Positions 11,720-24,247 of a stretch of DNA of 64,000 bases are shown here, one piece after another. Made by a program: the position numbers and the translations under genes. The notes beneath the pieces are model-generated. The model was not told the DNA's origin. It did not search any database and saw only the letters and a program-made list of their open reading frames with translations. The stretch spans positions 134,440 to 198,439 of the forward strand of contig NMRA01000536.1 in NCBI GenBank assembly GCA_002633005.1, written 5' to 3'. Positions within the stretch are counted from its first letter, which is position 1, and every line of letters begins with the position of its first letter. The DNA is from Phoronis australis (taxonomy: Eukaryota; Animalia; Phoronida).

Positions 11720-13639
11720 ATGGATGTGGGAAGTCATAGTGAATTGGCATTAAATCAAGAAATTGACACTGGCCTGAGTACTGAAAACTTCATGATGGAC
11801 AGCTTCAAGGATGATTGCAATAAAAGTGTGAATGGTTGTCAGAGTCCAGAATATAATGGCACTAATGTTGCTGAAAATGAAAGCAAAGCCTGTGAAAAGA
11901 ATCTTATTATCAAGGAAGAAGTGACTGGTTACTGGAATGGTGATGAGGGAGGAGTGAACTGTTGTGGCAGTAGCAATATGTTTGTACCTGCAGAGTTCAA
12001 ACTGGAGTGTGAAGAGTGCACTGCCATAGAAGGCAATCATGTGACTTGCGAAAGCAATGAATTGCTTGCATTGACCGATAATTGCTATACTCTGCAGAAG
12101 CAGCACTTGTGTGATGTACGTGGTGAAGTATTCGGACAAGTGTACCAGTTATTGATGCATTCAAGAGTGTGTGCTGGAGAGAAGCCAAATGTTTGTAGTT
12201 TATGCGGACAGTCATTTCCTAACAGATGCAATCTTGCTGTTCACACAAGAACACACAAATGTGTAATGCCATATAAATGTACTATTTGTGCGCTGTCGTT
12301 TAACAAAAGCTGGGACTTTGTGAGGCACATAAGAAATCACACGTCTGAGCACACATTCTTGTGTTCTGTTTGTGGAAAGTATTTGAGACCGAGCTGTGAT
12401 CTTATTAGGCATGCAAGAACGCATACCAGAGGGAGTCCAAACACACCTTGTGCTGATGGAAAACCGTTCAAGTGTACAGTGTGTAGAAAATCTTTTAAAG
12501 GAAACAATGAACTTTTTACACACACATTTAGCCACTCTGATGAAACGTCATACAAGTGTGCTCTGTGTGGAATCTCTTTTAAAGGAAACAGTCAGCTTAC
12601 TGAACACACATCAGTGCACATTGGAGAAAGACCATACAAGTGTACTGCGTGTGGACGGTGTTTTGAACGAAAACGTCAGCTTGCTTTACACTCTTCAATA
12701 CACACTGGTGATAGTGAATTCAAGTGTACTGAGTGTGGAATGTCCTATTCTGGAAAGTATGAACTTTCAATACACAAAAGAATACACACGGGAAAAACAC
12801 TGTACAAGTGTACGACATGTGGAAAGTCTTTCACACGAAATGTTGAGCTGTTGAGACACGGACTTACTCACAGTTATGAAAGACCATATGCGTGTACTGT
12901 GTGTGAAAAGTGTTTTAAATATAAGGGTGATCTTAATAAACACACTAAAACACACGCTGGTGAAAGTCCTTACAAGTGCAGTGTATGTGGAAAGTCTTTT
13001 TGTCAAAGGTTTGAACTTAATGTACACAGCGCAATACACAAACGTGAAAGACCGTACCTGTGTACGACATGTGGAAAGTCCTTTAAACGAAATGAGTATC
13101 TGTTGAATCACACAGTTATTCACAGTGATGAAAGACCTTATGCATGTACTGTGTGTGAAAAGTCTTTTAAACGTAAGCATGAGCTTATTAAACACACAAG
13201 AATACACACTGATGGAAGACCCTACGAGTGCATTGTATGTGGAAAGTCATTTTGTCGAAACTTGGAGCTTGTTAGACACAGAAGAATGCACGCAGGTGAA
13301 AGACTGTATGCGTGTACGACATGTGGAAAGGCTTTTGAAGAAAATGCTAAACTGTTGAGACACGCACTTATTCACAGTGATGAAAGACCGTATGCATGCA
13401 CTGTGTGTGAAAGGTCTTTTAAACGTAAGGGTGATCTTATTAAACACACAAGAACACACACTGGTGAGAGACCCTTCAAGTGTTCTGTATGTGGAAAGTC
13501 TTTTAAACTGAGTGGCGATCTTGTCATTCACACACGTATACACACTGGTGAAAAACCGTACAAATGTTGTGTGTGCCAAAAACAATTTAGTAGTAGTGGT
13601 AAGCGTTTTAAACATGCAAGGGAAAAGCATGGACCATAA
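11720..13639 (+). CDS. Multi-C2H2 zinc-finger protein (17 intact fingers plus one degenerate finger), single coding exon
   Basis: 639-aa ORF preceded by the acceptor tttcag; tandem CxxC-x12-HxxxH fingers with HTGE(K/R)P-type linkers; acidic N-terminus containing IKEE and FKLE. Confidence 0.93.
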   Translation: MDVGSHSELALNQEIDTGLSTENFMMDSFKDDCNKSVNGCQSPEYNGTNVAENESKACEKNLIIKEEVTGYWNGDEGGVNCCGSSNMFVPAEFKLECEECTAIEGNHVTCESNELLALTDNCYTLQKQHLCDVRGEVFGQVYQLLMHSRVCAGEKPNVCSLCGQSFPNRCNLAVHTRTHKCVMPYKCTICALSFNKSWDFVRHIRNHTSEHTFLCSVCGKYLRPSCDLIRHARTHTRGSPNTPCADGKPFKCTVCRKSFKGNNELFTHTFSHSDETSYKCALCGISFKGNSQLTEHTSVHIGERPYKCTACGRCFERKRQLALHSSIHTGDSEFKCTECGMSYSGKYELSIHKRIHTGKTLYKCTTCGKSFTRNVELLRHGLTHSYERPYACTVCEKCFKYKGDLNKHTKTHAGESPYKCSVCGKSFCQRFELNVHSAIHKRERPYLCTTCGKSFKRNEYLLNHTVIHSDERPYACTVCEKSFKRKHELIKHTRIHTDGRPYECIVCGKSFCRNLELVRHRRMHAGERLYACTTCGKAFEENAKLLRHALIHSDERPYACTVCERSFKRKGDLIKHTRTHTGERPFKCSVCGKSFKLSGDLVIHTRIHTGEKPYKCCVCQKQFSSSGKRFKHAREKHGP

Positions 13640-16040
13640 CCATGTATATTGTCTTGTCGTATGCCTTGTTGAAAAGTAGCCCTTATCATGTGAAGGCTAA
13701 GATGCCTGTATCTTCTGAAGGGGATTTTTTTGATTGGGGGATAAATGTCCTTCCCCTGTCACCACTCCTCATCGCCAAAACCTCAAGTAGCCAAAATTAA
13801 CGTTTTGCATATTCCTTGATTTTAACCTTAGGAGGATTATTTAATCATTGGAGGGTAATTTTTGTGATTTTTAAATATTCTTCATAGGGAATGGCTTGAT
13901 GTTCGAACCCAAGGTCGACGCACTGAGGGCCCTGCCATGACATGTGAAAGCAGCATGCCAGATATTTTAAGAAAAGATACAAAATTGTTTCTCAATGATG
14001 CTCTGACTCCTAAGACCTGTTTCAAACAATAAAGTAGAACTGAACTGCACATGGTGGTTGACAAACCCCTTCTGTCCCACCACAAATTCTCAAGAACTGC
14101 GATAATTCGGCAGGCAAGAGGACGTAACTGCCTTTCTGTTAATATTTGCAAGTCTATGTCCGATCACCATAGAGTCAAACACGTTATCACTAGGTGAAAT
14201 CTCGCCAATTTACCACACAAAATAGCCGACAAGTGACATTTTTTCTCATTTTCCATGAAAGATATGAAGAGCTAAATTAATGCTTTATCATGCTCTAGTT
14301 GTTTTACTACAGTTACAATCAAAAATTGTCTAAAAATTGCATGCATTGTGTGTAAGGAGCTCGTGAACCATGAAAAAGTGCAATTATTTTAGATACATTG
14401 TTCGAAATTGGTGAGATTAAACATCGGCTGTGGAGGAAGTTCCCTGCCTTAATTGTTTGGAGACCCAAGCTGTCAACTGGAAGCTGCTAACTCTGCTTCC
14501 ATAAACATTATTATTATCAACACCTGCAAAATGCTCAATCCGAATTTCAAGTATTCTTGCGTGAAGTCTGTGAGTAACACAACGTATACTATTGTAAATT
14601 GCCGCCTCAACGTTTCCAACCAACTGAACTCAATGGTAGCCGTTTGGTCCAGTAGTACGTAATGTATTCATTTGAATTACATTGTTGTCTCTGTACTTGC
14701 TGTCTCTAATAATAAACTCCCCAAAATGTTCATTGGTGGATCTTAATGAATTTTGCCACTCTGTGTTCCTACTGAGAAACAGTATTTGTTTGAGCTGGGA
14801 AAAGTTAAATACGGCAACGGCCTCATAAAGTTTCACTCTATGTACTTGTTGCAGCATGACGCACGTTGACGATTTTAAATCAATCAGTGTAAGATGATAA
14901 TTTGCCGAAAGCCTATGGGATGGCCAGTTGAGACGGTGATACTGTCTACCAATGATTTAACTGTGAACTCGCCTCCAGTTTGAGTAAGGACTGACCAATT
15001 CCATATTGGTCCGTTCACGCTTCGAGGTCAAATCGTAAAACATGTTAAAAATAAGGTCATCTGGTAGAAGTGCCTAACGGCGCACTTTTATTTAGTGCTT
15101 GAAGCGTTTAACAGCGTTTGAATCTGGTGTTCATGACGGTAATTGGCCGAAGTCAAAATTCGGTTTTTTTATTGAATGGGGGTTGCATTGCCGTTTTATC
15201 AGGATTTAAACAACTTTAACAAAAAGTCAGAAACGCAAAGACTCAACAGGAAGTTGACTGCACGACGTTCAGACAAGATGGTTTTGGCAAGCTAGTTGAG
15301 GGTATTTTTTCATGCGATGTCCCTAATTCAAGGCCTGGGTGTGTGTTTATTCTAATTGCCGGGGTCAGTTTTCAGATAACTGTATATTATTAGAAGGTGT
15401 CATAAATAAAGGAGGAGCGCACAATAAAGATAAAAATGTAAAATAATATATGATTAGTGAGTGAACAAGGTCTACAAATCCTAACCATGAACGTTTAGGG
15501 AATGTCAGTTTTATGCAACCGGCAATTCAGTGGCGTTTCAAAGTCCTTGCATAGTGAGTCAACATTTCCAAAGGACTCGTACAATTAGGTATTATTGGCG
15601 ACTTGTTCACGAGTTTCAGATTTTTATGCAGTGAATTGACACATAAATATATTATACAGTCTTATGAACGAATGCATCCTCTGAACTAGAAGTTCAGATT
15701 TTGTCACTTTGTCGTTATTCCATTGGGAGTTTTTAGGAATGAAATGCTTTGTATAGTTTCTTGTATGAGTAAACATTGGTTGCATCTATTTTGACCTGAG
15801 ACACGTAACATACATTTTTATGAAGACAACCATGGCTTTTTATTCGAATGAAACAGTGGATCCTTGAGGGTTTCATGGATATTAGAAAAACGCTAGATGC
15901 AAAATTAGTAATCACAGATTTTTGTGTCTTTGCCAAAATCTAGGAAATTACCGTTTTCGTAGTGATTGAAAAATGTGTATTTCAGACAGAAATTTGAACG
16001 CTTCTTCCGTACAAGTACATAATACAGTTGAAAGGAAATT

Positions 16041-19000
16041 TCACACCATTGACGTCACCACCCAAGTTCCGGTTGACCCCCAGCCAGTCGACACACCAAA
16101 ATAGTTGACGTTATACGGTTTGTCGTGCTTGTACTGCATGATCACGTTCTTTCCCATAAGCTTTCCGCGGCCAACCTGGATGTGTCCGTTATTCCACGAT
16201 ACCCACAACGGTGTCGGTCTCGCTGTACTCAACAAGTTTTTACTAGAAGCAGAAGCCCTACACTCTGCTTGCTTTCCAGTGCGAATGCAAGATTTCGTGT
16301 TGCCCCACCCTCCAAGAACGATTTCGTAGGTGTTCTGTAAAAATAAATTGAATATTCTTCCCAGTATTTGATATTAAACCATGAACGATTCATTATTAGG
16401 TAATTTGTCTGGCCTTTTCCGCACTAGGTTTATTTGACTTATGGACAAACAATTAATTTCTTTCGAGACAAGTTTCGTAGTTTACTTGTTCAATTTAGTT
16501 TGTTTTTCCGTCATGCTCAATGTACTTCCTGCTGGCCCATTAGAAAAATTTGGTAACTCACCTGCCGATCGTCCGTTGTCGTCGACAAAGCGACATGAGC
16601 ATCATTTCTGGCCTTCAGATCAAACGTCACGCCTGTTATACCTCTAGTACGGTAGAACCGATAGTAATAACTTTTATCGGTCTGTACGGTAAGACCTGAA
16701 ATGAGAAATTATGCCAACCTTGAGGCAGTTTTATGTGTCTACCTCAATAATTGAAACATTGGAGGGTCTAAGATGTTGCGACGGGGCCCTAAAAGGATAT
16801 GCCAAAGCCATTTGTTTAGTCACGACCACCACCCTCCCCTCCCCGTCAATCAGCCCATATGAAACACGCACCCGTGGTAGAATCACAGCAATGAAAACTT
16901 AATCAGGTAAATTTTTAGTAGATACACTAAAAACGATAATTCCATTATCTTAACAACTCGTTTGCGCCAAACAAACACCACTCGCTTCTGCACAATTTTA
17001 GGACGATCTGGGCCTACTGAAAATTGTGACGTTAACTATTCTAAATGGGGAATGGAGTAGACTTCTGTGTGAGAGCAGAGGTCTTTGTTGTGGATACGTA
17101 AGAAGGCAAAAAGCCAACTAACTGAAGACGTTCACTACGGAAGTCAGAAATGGTAATCAAAGAGTCGTGCTTGCGTATTTTGAATGTTAAATTTGGCGTG
17201 TTCACAATAGCTCTACGACAGAACTGGCGTAGCCAAGGGGGCGAGCACAAGGAGGTCGTGACCCCATGTACCAGACTGCAAAGAAGCTCTCGTCTTGTCG
17301 AAACTCAGTTCAATTTTCTGTTGCCCCCGTTCATTGCAAAGGTGATACAGGATTCCCACGCATTAGGCCCCCATCGGACTCCTGAAATTTTGCGTTGACA
17401 CCTAAATAATTGGCTACCCGGTACTTCAGGTTGCGCCAGTGGTTCAGTATTATTGTGCACGTCCTGGGTTAGCTGAGAAATTTGACGTACGGAACAAAAG
17501 GGGATCAACCAAGTACCTTTTGTGACATTCCGTTCGTTTCCCCCCGCTTTCATTCCTCCCCACTGTGACATATCAAGTCCCTCTTTACAGTACGGCGGCA
17601 TCCACGTGCATCCATAGCGCCTGCGCAGTCGCTTCACATCCAAGTTAGTCAAAGTGGGAGAACAATGCGCGCCTACACACGTCACACTCGGATCCTTGGC
17701 TCGGAACCCGTCGTAGTGCATAACGGAAACATAGTCGTAGGGAAGACACTGGGTGGATACGTCGCTCCATTTGTATGGCCTCTCGGTTCCTAAAATCACA
17801 TTTTGCTGCTATGACGTAATTTTATCGACAAATGTCGTGAACATGAATTTAAAATTACGGAGGATTAATGTGGTCAGCAATTTTATCAGTAAATTTTCCA
17901 GCTCTCTTAAATTGTTTCGCAGATTCATTGATCTCGTTACAAAATTTTCTACTAAGGAGCTGCTAGTACAGTGTATGTCTATCTCTTAAAACCAAGACGA
18001 TAATACGCAATGCTCACCAAATCAGTAATTTTTTACTTAAGTCTAATATTTTTCTCAATTTCCAAACTTTGAAACTTACACATCTTGTAAGTTAGTCAAA
18101 ATCAAGACAGAACTTAACTCAAAATCTTAAGCCAAAATTAAGATCTCTTTCTTTAAAAATGCTTTAGACAAATTTAATTTTTCTCTTAAAATTCACTGAC
18201 ATTTAATATCTGCATTAGCTAAGTCAGTTTTCTTGGAACAGGCCCAACGACTTCGTATCTCCTGGTCAGGGCCTGGATGGCTGGGTCTCTGAACTTAGTC
18301 CTGATCGAAAGTTACCAGTTCACGAATATAGTGGATATTCTGAGTGGCTTTGTTGGCAACGTCTTGCATAAAACAGCGGATCTAAAAGGGTCGGCGGGGG
18401 CATCAACGATTTCCTTAGAGGACAACGGGTTACCGTGTTACCGTTTGCTACTACCCTAAATCCGGCATGCCGGCCCCTGTATGCTCACTCAGGCCAAGGT
18501 CATCTGAATCGTGCTATGTTTTGAAGACTTAGTTTCCCTTTTTCATTCCAAGATCCTACACTGAGATTTTCTACCTTTAATGTCATACACGTAATTGTCT
18601 CTGTCGGGGCGTACTTGTTCGTGGCCGAAACCCAACGCGTGAAGGGTCTCGTGCATGATAGTGACCTTGTTTCTGAAACATAATGTCATGATCGGTCAGC
18701 CTACTTTGGATTCCATCTGACTCGAAAGTAACAGGGCACAACTTATTAACATACGTCGGCTCAAGGTAAAATTAGCCGCCAAAATGGTCTTTTTTCGTGA
18801 AATGTTGCCAATATTGGTTCACGAAAGGCTGTTCTGGATGCCAAACTTTAAAGTGACAACACTGCAAGTTTCTCTAGGTGCTTTACATAGTGCAGTCCCG
18901 AATGCACCTCTTTTCGGCTGCACAGGTAGAAAAGCGCACTGAATTAATTTTTGGTTTGATGTTAGTACATTTCTGAGCGGAATCGTGCTCTTAAAAAAGG

Positions 19001-20288
19001 TTTATTGTGCTTTACTCGGCGTAAGTCGATTTTATGTCCTCGTGTTTCGCACTGTACAACAGCGTTATAGTAGCTACGTGGTGAGTAGCATGGTAACAGC
19101 AAACAGCAGAAGCACCAGTGCTTTACGAATGCGCAGGGCTGTAAATACCGCAGAGTCAGATCAGTGTTGTGGTATTTTGGGATCAGGCTACTTGGTGTTC
19201 GATTCAATATTCGCAAAAAATCCACTAATAGTCGCACTGTTAACATCGTTGAGTGTTTTTTTTTGTTTCACATGTTACCCTATACACCACGTCTTCTGAA
19301 GGTTCATTGTATGAGTAGTGCCTTCTGGGTAACCAGCTTGACAGTTGCAGTCCCTGAAATGCAAGTGATAATTAAGTTCTGTTTCAATGACTTCATTTTA
19401 AAGTTGATTCTTACAGGTAAGGGCCTTTCCAAGAAACTGAATTAAATTCATTTTTACTTAAATCTAAGATTTGTCTTAACTTCCAATTTTGAAAGATTCG
19501 CATCCGGTAAGATAATCAAAATTAAGACAAAACATATAACAAAATCTCAAGTCAAACTTAAAATCTATTTCTTGAAACGGTCTTATGACTGTGCAGCCAC
19601 AACACACAAACTCATCGGTCACAACTTTTACTGTGAACTAGTAAATAAACAGTCAACCTTGACATCTTTCATGGCGTCATATAGGGGATGGCTTTGAAGA
19701 GAACACTGGGTCGCTCAGTATGACGACGTTCTGGGCAACCAATCAATGCATTTCAGGGGCGGATTTTGAGTGAGGAGGGGCAGGGCACAGAAATAACCAA
19801 AATTTCGCGGAAACTAAAATGCGGGGATGCAAGGGTCTCGAATATTTGGGTTTGTGGGTCATATTACTAAAAAGCATAAACGAGGTTTTGTTCAAGGCCT
19901 ATGCAATGTGCATTCACCCCTCCCCCAAATGGTAGCTGGGAGAATTTTAGGGGTCCCCTTGCCCCCCTCCCCCTAAATTTGCCACTGCATTTCATGCAAT
20001 CTTCTTAAATCATTTAAAAGTTCATTTGCGGCTGTCAGGTCACATGTGTAGGGTTTAATTTTCATTAGAAAAAGGTAAACAGTGAGTTTCATCCCATGAT
20101 TATCTGTTGCATCCCGTACCAACACTAGTTAGGTATACACGTATGTACTCAAGAGATTTACTTGTCATTTAGCTTCACGTTGATGTATCCTGTAGTTTCG
20201 TCAGTTCGCTCTTTGAAAGTGATACATCCTCTTGTGCGCTTCGTGATTTCATTAAACGCATTCAGTACGTTTTTCTTCTGCTGAGGAG
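16041..20288 (-). CDS. Astacin-family (M12A) zinc metalloprotease with C-terminal Methyltransf_FA (FAMeT-like) domain; core exons
   Basis: Exons 20288-20162, 19353-19279, 18672-18575, 17789-17517, 16695-16562 and 16334-16041 all have GT-AG boundaries, matching phases and no stops. Contain CITFKERT, HETLHALGFGHEQVRPDRD, Met-turn YDYVSVMHY, LDVKRLRRRYGC, then FDLKARNDAHVALS..YEIVLGGWGNTKSCIR..GVSTGWGSTGTW. Confidence 0.88.
19754..19987. mobile_element. CAGGGGCGGAT-type MITE with 5-bp TSD (cattt)
   Basis: caggggcggatttt ... aaatttgccactg flanked by cattt on both sides; related to 35065-35376 and to the duplicated copy from 22365 into the gap. Confidence 0.65.
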
Positions 20289-20643
20289 CTGTGGACGTCA
20301 GTAAATTTTGCATATACAAAGATACGCGTAACACTCTGACCAACTGCTTGGCNCTTAGCAACTTGAATGTGAATTAAGATCAACAGCAATATTTCTCGTT
20401 GCCCTCGCCTAGGGATGAAAGGATGTGAAACCTTTCCTGTGTAATGTTAGTATGTTGACGAGACCGGCAACGCTACCAACTTCGTACGGCTGCACCAAAT
20501 CGTATAGGGAACGAACACTCATTTATTAACATCTACGGTGGCCAAGCAGGTTCGACAAAGGGTCAACTGATTCGATATTTTACCTGAGGAACAATTCACG
20601 AGCAAATCTGAAGCCAAGGGGCCTGTTACAAGAAACAGACTTA

Positions 20644-22484
20644 AGTAACTTTTTACTTAAGTCTAACATTTTTCTCAATTTCCAAACTTTGAATCTTACA
20701 CATCTGGTAAGTTAGTCAAAATCAAGACAGAACTTAACTCAAAATCTTAAGCCAAAATTAAGATCTCTTTCTTTAAAATTGCTTTAGACAAATTTATTTT
20801 TTCTCTTAATATTCACTGACATTTAATATCTGCATTAGCTAAGTCAGTTTTCTTGGAACAGGCCCAACGACTTCGTGTCTCCTGGTCCAGTCAGGGCCTG
20901 GAAGGCTGGGACTCTGAACTTTGTCCTGATCGAAAGTTACCAGTTCACGAATATAGTGGATATTCTGAGAGGCTTTGTTGGCAACGTCTTGCATAAAACA
21001 GCGGATCTAAAAGGGTCGGCGGGGGCATCAACGATTTCCTTAGAGGACAACGGGTTACCGTTTGCTACTACCCTAAATCCGGCATGCTGGCCCCTGTATG
21101 CTCACTCAGGCCAAGGTCATCTGAATCGTGCTATGTTTTGAAGACTTAGTTTTCCTTTTTCATTCCAAGATCCTACACTGAGATTTTCTACCTTTAATGT
21201 CATACACGTAATTGTCTCTGTCGGGGCGCACTTGTTCGTGGCCGAAACCCAACGCGTGAAGGGTCTCGTGCATGATAGTGACCTTGTTTCTGAAACATAA
21301 TGTCATGATCGGTCAGCCCACTTCGGATTCCATCTGACTCGAAAGTAACAGGGCACAACTTATTAACATACGTCGGCTCAAGGTAAAATTAGCCGCCAAA
21401 ATGGTCTTTTTTCGTGAAATGTTGCCAATAGTGGTTCACGAAAGGCTGTTCTGGATGCCAAACTGACAACACTGCAAGTTTCTCTAGGTGCTTTACATAG
21501 TACAGTCCCGAATGCACCACTCTTCGGCTGCACAGGTAGAAAAGCGCACTGAATTAATTTTTGGTTTGATGTTAGTACACTTCTGAGCGGAATCGTGCTC
21601 TTAAAAAAGGTTTATTGTGCTTTACTCGGCGTATGTCGATTTTATGTCATCGTGTTTCGCACTGTACAACAGCGTTATAGTAGCTACGTGGTGAGTAGCA
21701 TGGTAACAGCAAACAGCAGAAGCACCAGTGCTTTACCAATGCGCAGGGCTGTAAATACCGCAGAATCAGATCAGTGTTGTGGTATTTTGGGATCAGGCTA
21801 CTTGGTGTTCGATTCAAGATTCGCAAAAAATCCACTAATAGTCGCACTGTTAACATCGTTGAGTGCTTTTTTTTGTTTCACACGTTACCCTATACACCAC
21901 GTCTTCTGAAGGTTCATTGTATGAGTAGTGCCTTCTGGGTAACCAGCTTGACAGTTGCAGTCCCTGAAATGCAAGTGATAATTAAGTTCTGTTTCAATGA
22001 CTTCATTTTAAATTTGATTCTTACAGGCAAGGGCCTTTCCAAGAAACTGAACTAAATTCATTTTTTACTTAAATCTAAGATTTGTCTTAACTTCCAATTT
22101 TGAAAGATTCGCATCCGGTAAGATAATGAAAATTAAGACAAAACATATAACAAAATCTCAAGTCAAACTTAAAATCTATTTCTTGAAACGGTCTTGTGAC
22201 TGTGCAGCCACAACACACAAACTTATCTTTCACAACTTTTACTGTGAACTAGTGAATAAACAGTCAACCTTGACATCTTTCATGGCGTCATATAGGGGAT
22301 GGCTTTGAAGAGAACACTGGGTCGCTCAGTATGACGACGTTCTGGGCAACCAATCAATGCATTTCAGGGGCGGATTTTGAGTGAGGAGGGGCAGGGCACA
22401 GAAATAACCAAAATTTCGCGGAAACTAAAATGCGGGGATGCAAGGGTCTCGAATATTTGGGTTTGTGGGTCATATTACTAAAAA
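20644..22484 (-). repeat. Near-identical tandem duplicate of 18024-19872, including extra copies of two astacin exons (21963-21889 and 21289-21192)
   Basis: Long colinear match with offset ~2.61-2.62 kb and few substitutions or small indels; the duplicated exon again encodes HETLHALGFGHEQVRPDRD with intact splice sites; runs into the gap at 22485. Confidence 0.9.
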
Positions 22485-24247
22485 NNNNNNNNNNNNNNNN
22501 NNNNNNNNNNNNNNNNNNNNNNNNNNNNNNNNNNNNNNNNNNNNNNNNNNNNNNNNNNNNNNNNNNNNNNNNNNNNNNNNNNNNNNNNNNNNNNNNNNNN
22601 NNNNNNNNNNNNNNNNNNNNNNNNNNNNNNNNNNNNNNNNNNNNNNNNNNNNNNNNNNNNNNNNNNNNNNNNNNNNNNNNNNNNNNNNNNNNNNNNNNNN
22701 NNNNNNNNNNNNNNNNNNNNNNNNNNNNNNNNNNNNNNNNNNNNNNNNNNNNNNNNNNNNNNNNNNNNNNNNNNNNNNNNNNNNNNNNNNNNNNNNNNNN
22801 NNNNNNNNNNNNNNNNNNNNNNNNNNNNNNNNNNNNNNNNNNNNNNNNNNNNNNNNNNNNNNNNNNNNNNNNNNNNNNNNNNNNNNNNNNNNNNNNNNNN
22901 NNNNNNNNNNNNNNNNNNNNNNNNNNNNNNNNNNNNNNNNNNNNNNNNNNNNNNNNNNNNNNNNNNNNNNNNNNNNNNNNNNNNNNNNNNNNNNNNNNNN
23001 NNNNNNNNNNNNNNNNNNNNNNNNNNNNNNNNNNNNNNNNNNNNNNNNNNNNNNNNNNNNNNNNNNNNNNNNNNNNNNNNNNNNNNNNNNNNNNNNNNNN
23101 NNNNNNNNNNNNNNNNNNNNNNNNNNNNNNNACGGCAATGTGTGTTAAATTGGTGGCCCTAGAAGGAGGAGTCGAAAAGCAAGAGAAGAAAAATATTTTC
23201 CTCCTCCTCCTCTGATCTGAAACGCACTTGTCTATCAGTGTTAAATTTGACACACGTTACAAAGCGTCACGTCTGGTATTTCACGATAACATGGCAAGAA
23301 CTGTGCTTAAATGCATACCGGAATTCCTCATCAGGGTGCCCTAAGTAAAATACTGTGTTTCTGTGAATAGTTTTCCCACGTCGATAAATTCTCTTCAAGT
23401 TATCTTTTGTAAGTAGTTTTTTACTTAAAACTTAAATTTGTAGGTTGGTGTGTTTTGGGGATTTTCTTGGTCTAGTGGCAAATGGTATATGTGAATAGAC
23501 TAAAACAGGACATAGATATTTTGATGTACATTCACATTTCTTGATCGTTTGAGTTAGTCAATCATTGTAATGACTTACTCGAAGTGCTTGTGAAAGGTTA
23601 CTTATGTTACAACCATGGGGGTCTTCCAATCACCAACTTTCCAATTATCATAATTCAAGCAAAAATGACATAGTTGGTCCTGGTCTGTGCCCGACTCGCT
23701 TTGAGAGCTGCGGCTTTCTGTTTAACAAAGAAAGAAGAACCGCCATACCTTTCACGTGGCATCAGGTGGCGCTGCTGGAGAAATTAAGAAGAGCTACATG
23801 TAGCCCTGGCCATTTCAGCTGGCACTAGATGATTTTTCTTTGTATCCACACGGACCATTTAAAATCCCCCAACACTGCACTAATTTCCAAAAAAAAACAA
23901 ACTTCAGCTAATTATGCTATTTTTGGGTTTCCCTTTTCCATTACAATATCAAAACAGGATTGTTTATTGTCTGACACAAATTTAACGCAAGTGCTGTTGA
24001 ACCAAATACCGACATTCTCCGATTCGAGATTCCTCAGAATTCTCTCATAAGATCGGAATGTCACATTACATTGCCAAACAATGTAACAATTGTTCGGTAT
24101 CCATGGCAAAAAGATGAGAGCATAAACACCAGAACACATAATTTCATTTACTGTAGGATGTTCGATCGGCAATGATCCGTCACAGCATTGGATTATGAGA
24201 AAAATATTTGCGTTGCAGGTGCAACAACTAATGGTAAACTGAATTAC

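Noticed and set aside
11750-13630. Many antisense and alternative-frame ORFs over the ZNF
   Set aside because: Shadow ORFs of a repetitive coding sequence; likewise 6717-7757.
20470-20585. Possible astacin N-terminal exon (WP...VFVPY)
   Set aside because: The motifs fall in different frames with stops, next to an ambiguous base at 20353; it may be a decayed exon but cannot be modelled.
22354-23253. Long ORFs of 222-299 aa in the ORF track
   Set aside because: They run through N gaps; the same applies to 38079-39023 and 10767-11109.
23132-23775. Candidate small exons of the astacin pro-region (QRHLMPRE, an 8-nt micro-exon, QRRRRK)
   Set aside because: An in-frame path needs an 8-nt exon and ends in the gap; too speculative without cDNA. 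The 19-nt candidate at 26977-26995 breaks the frame.
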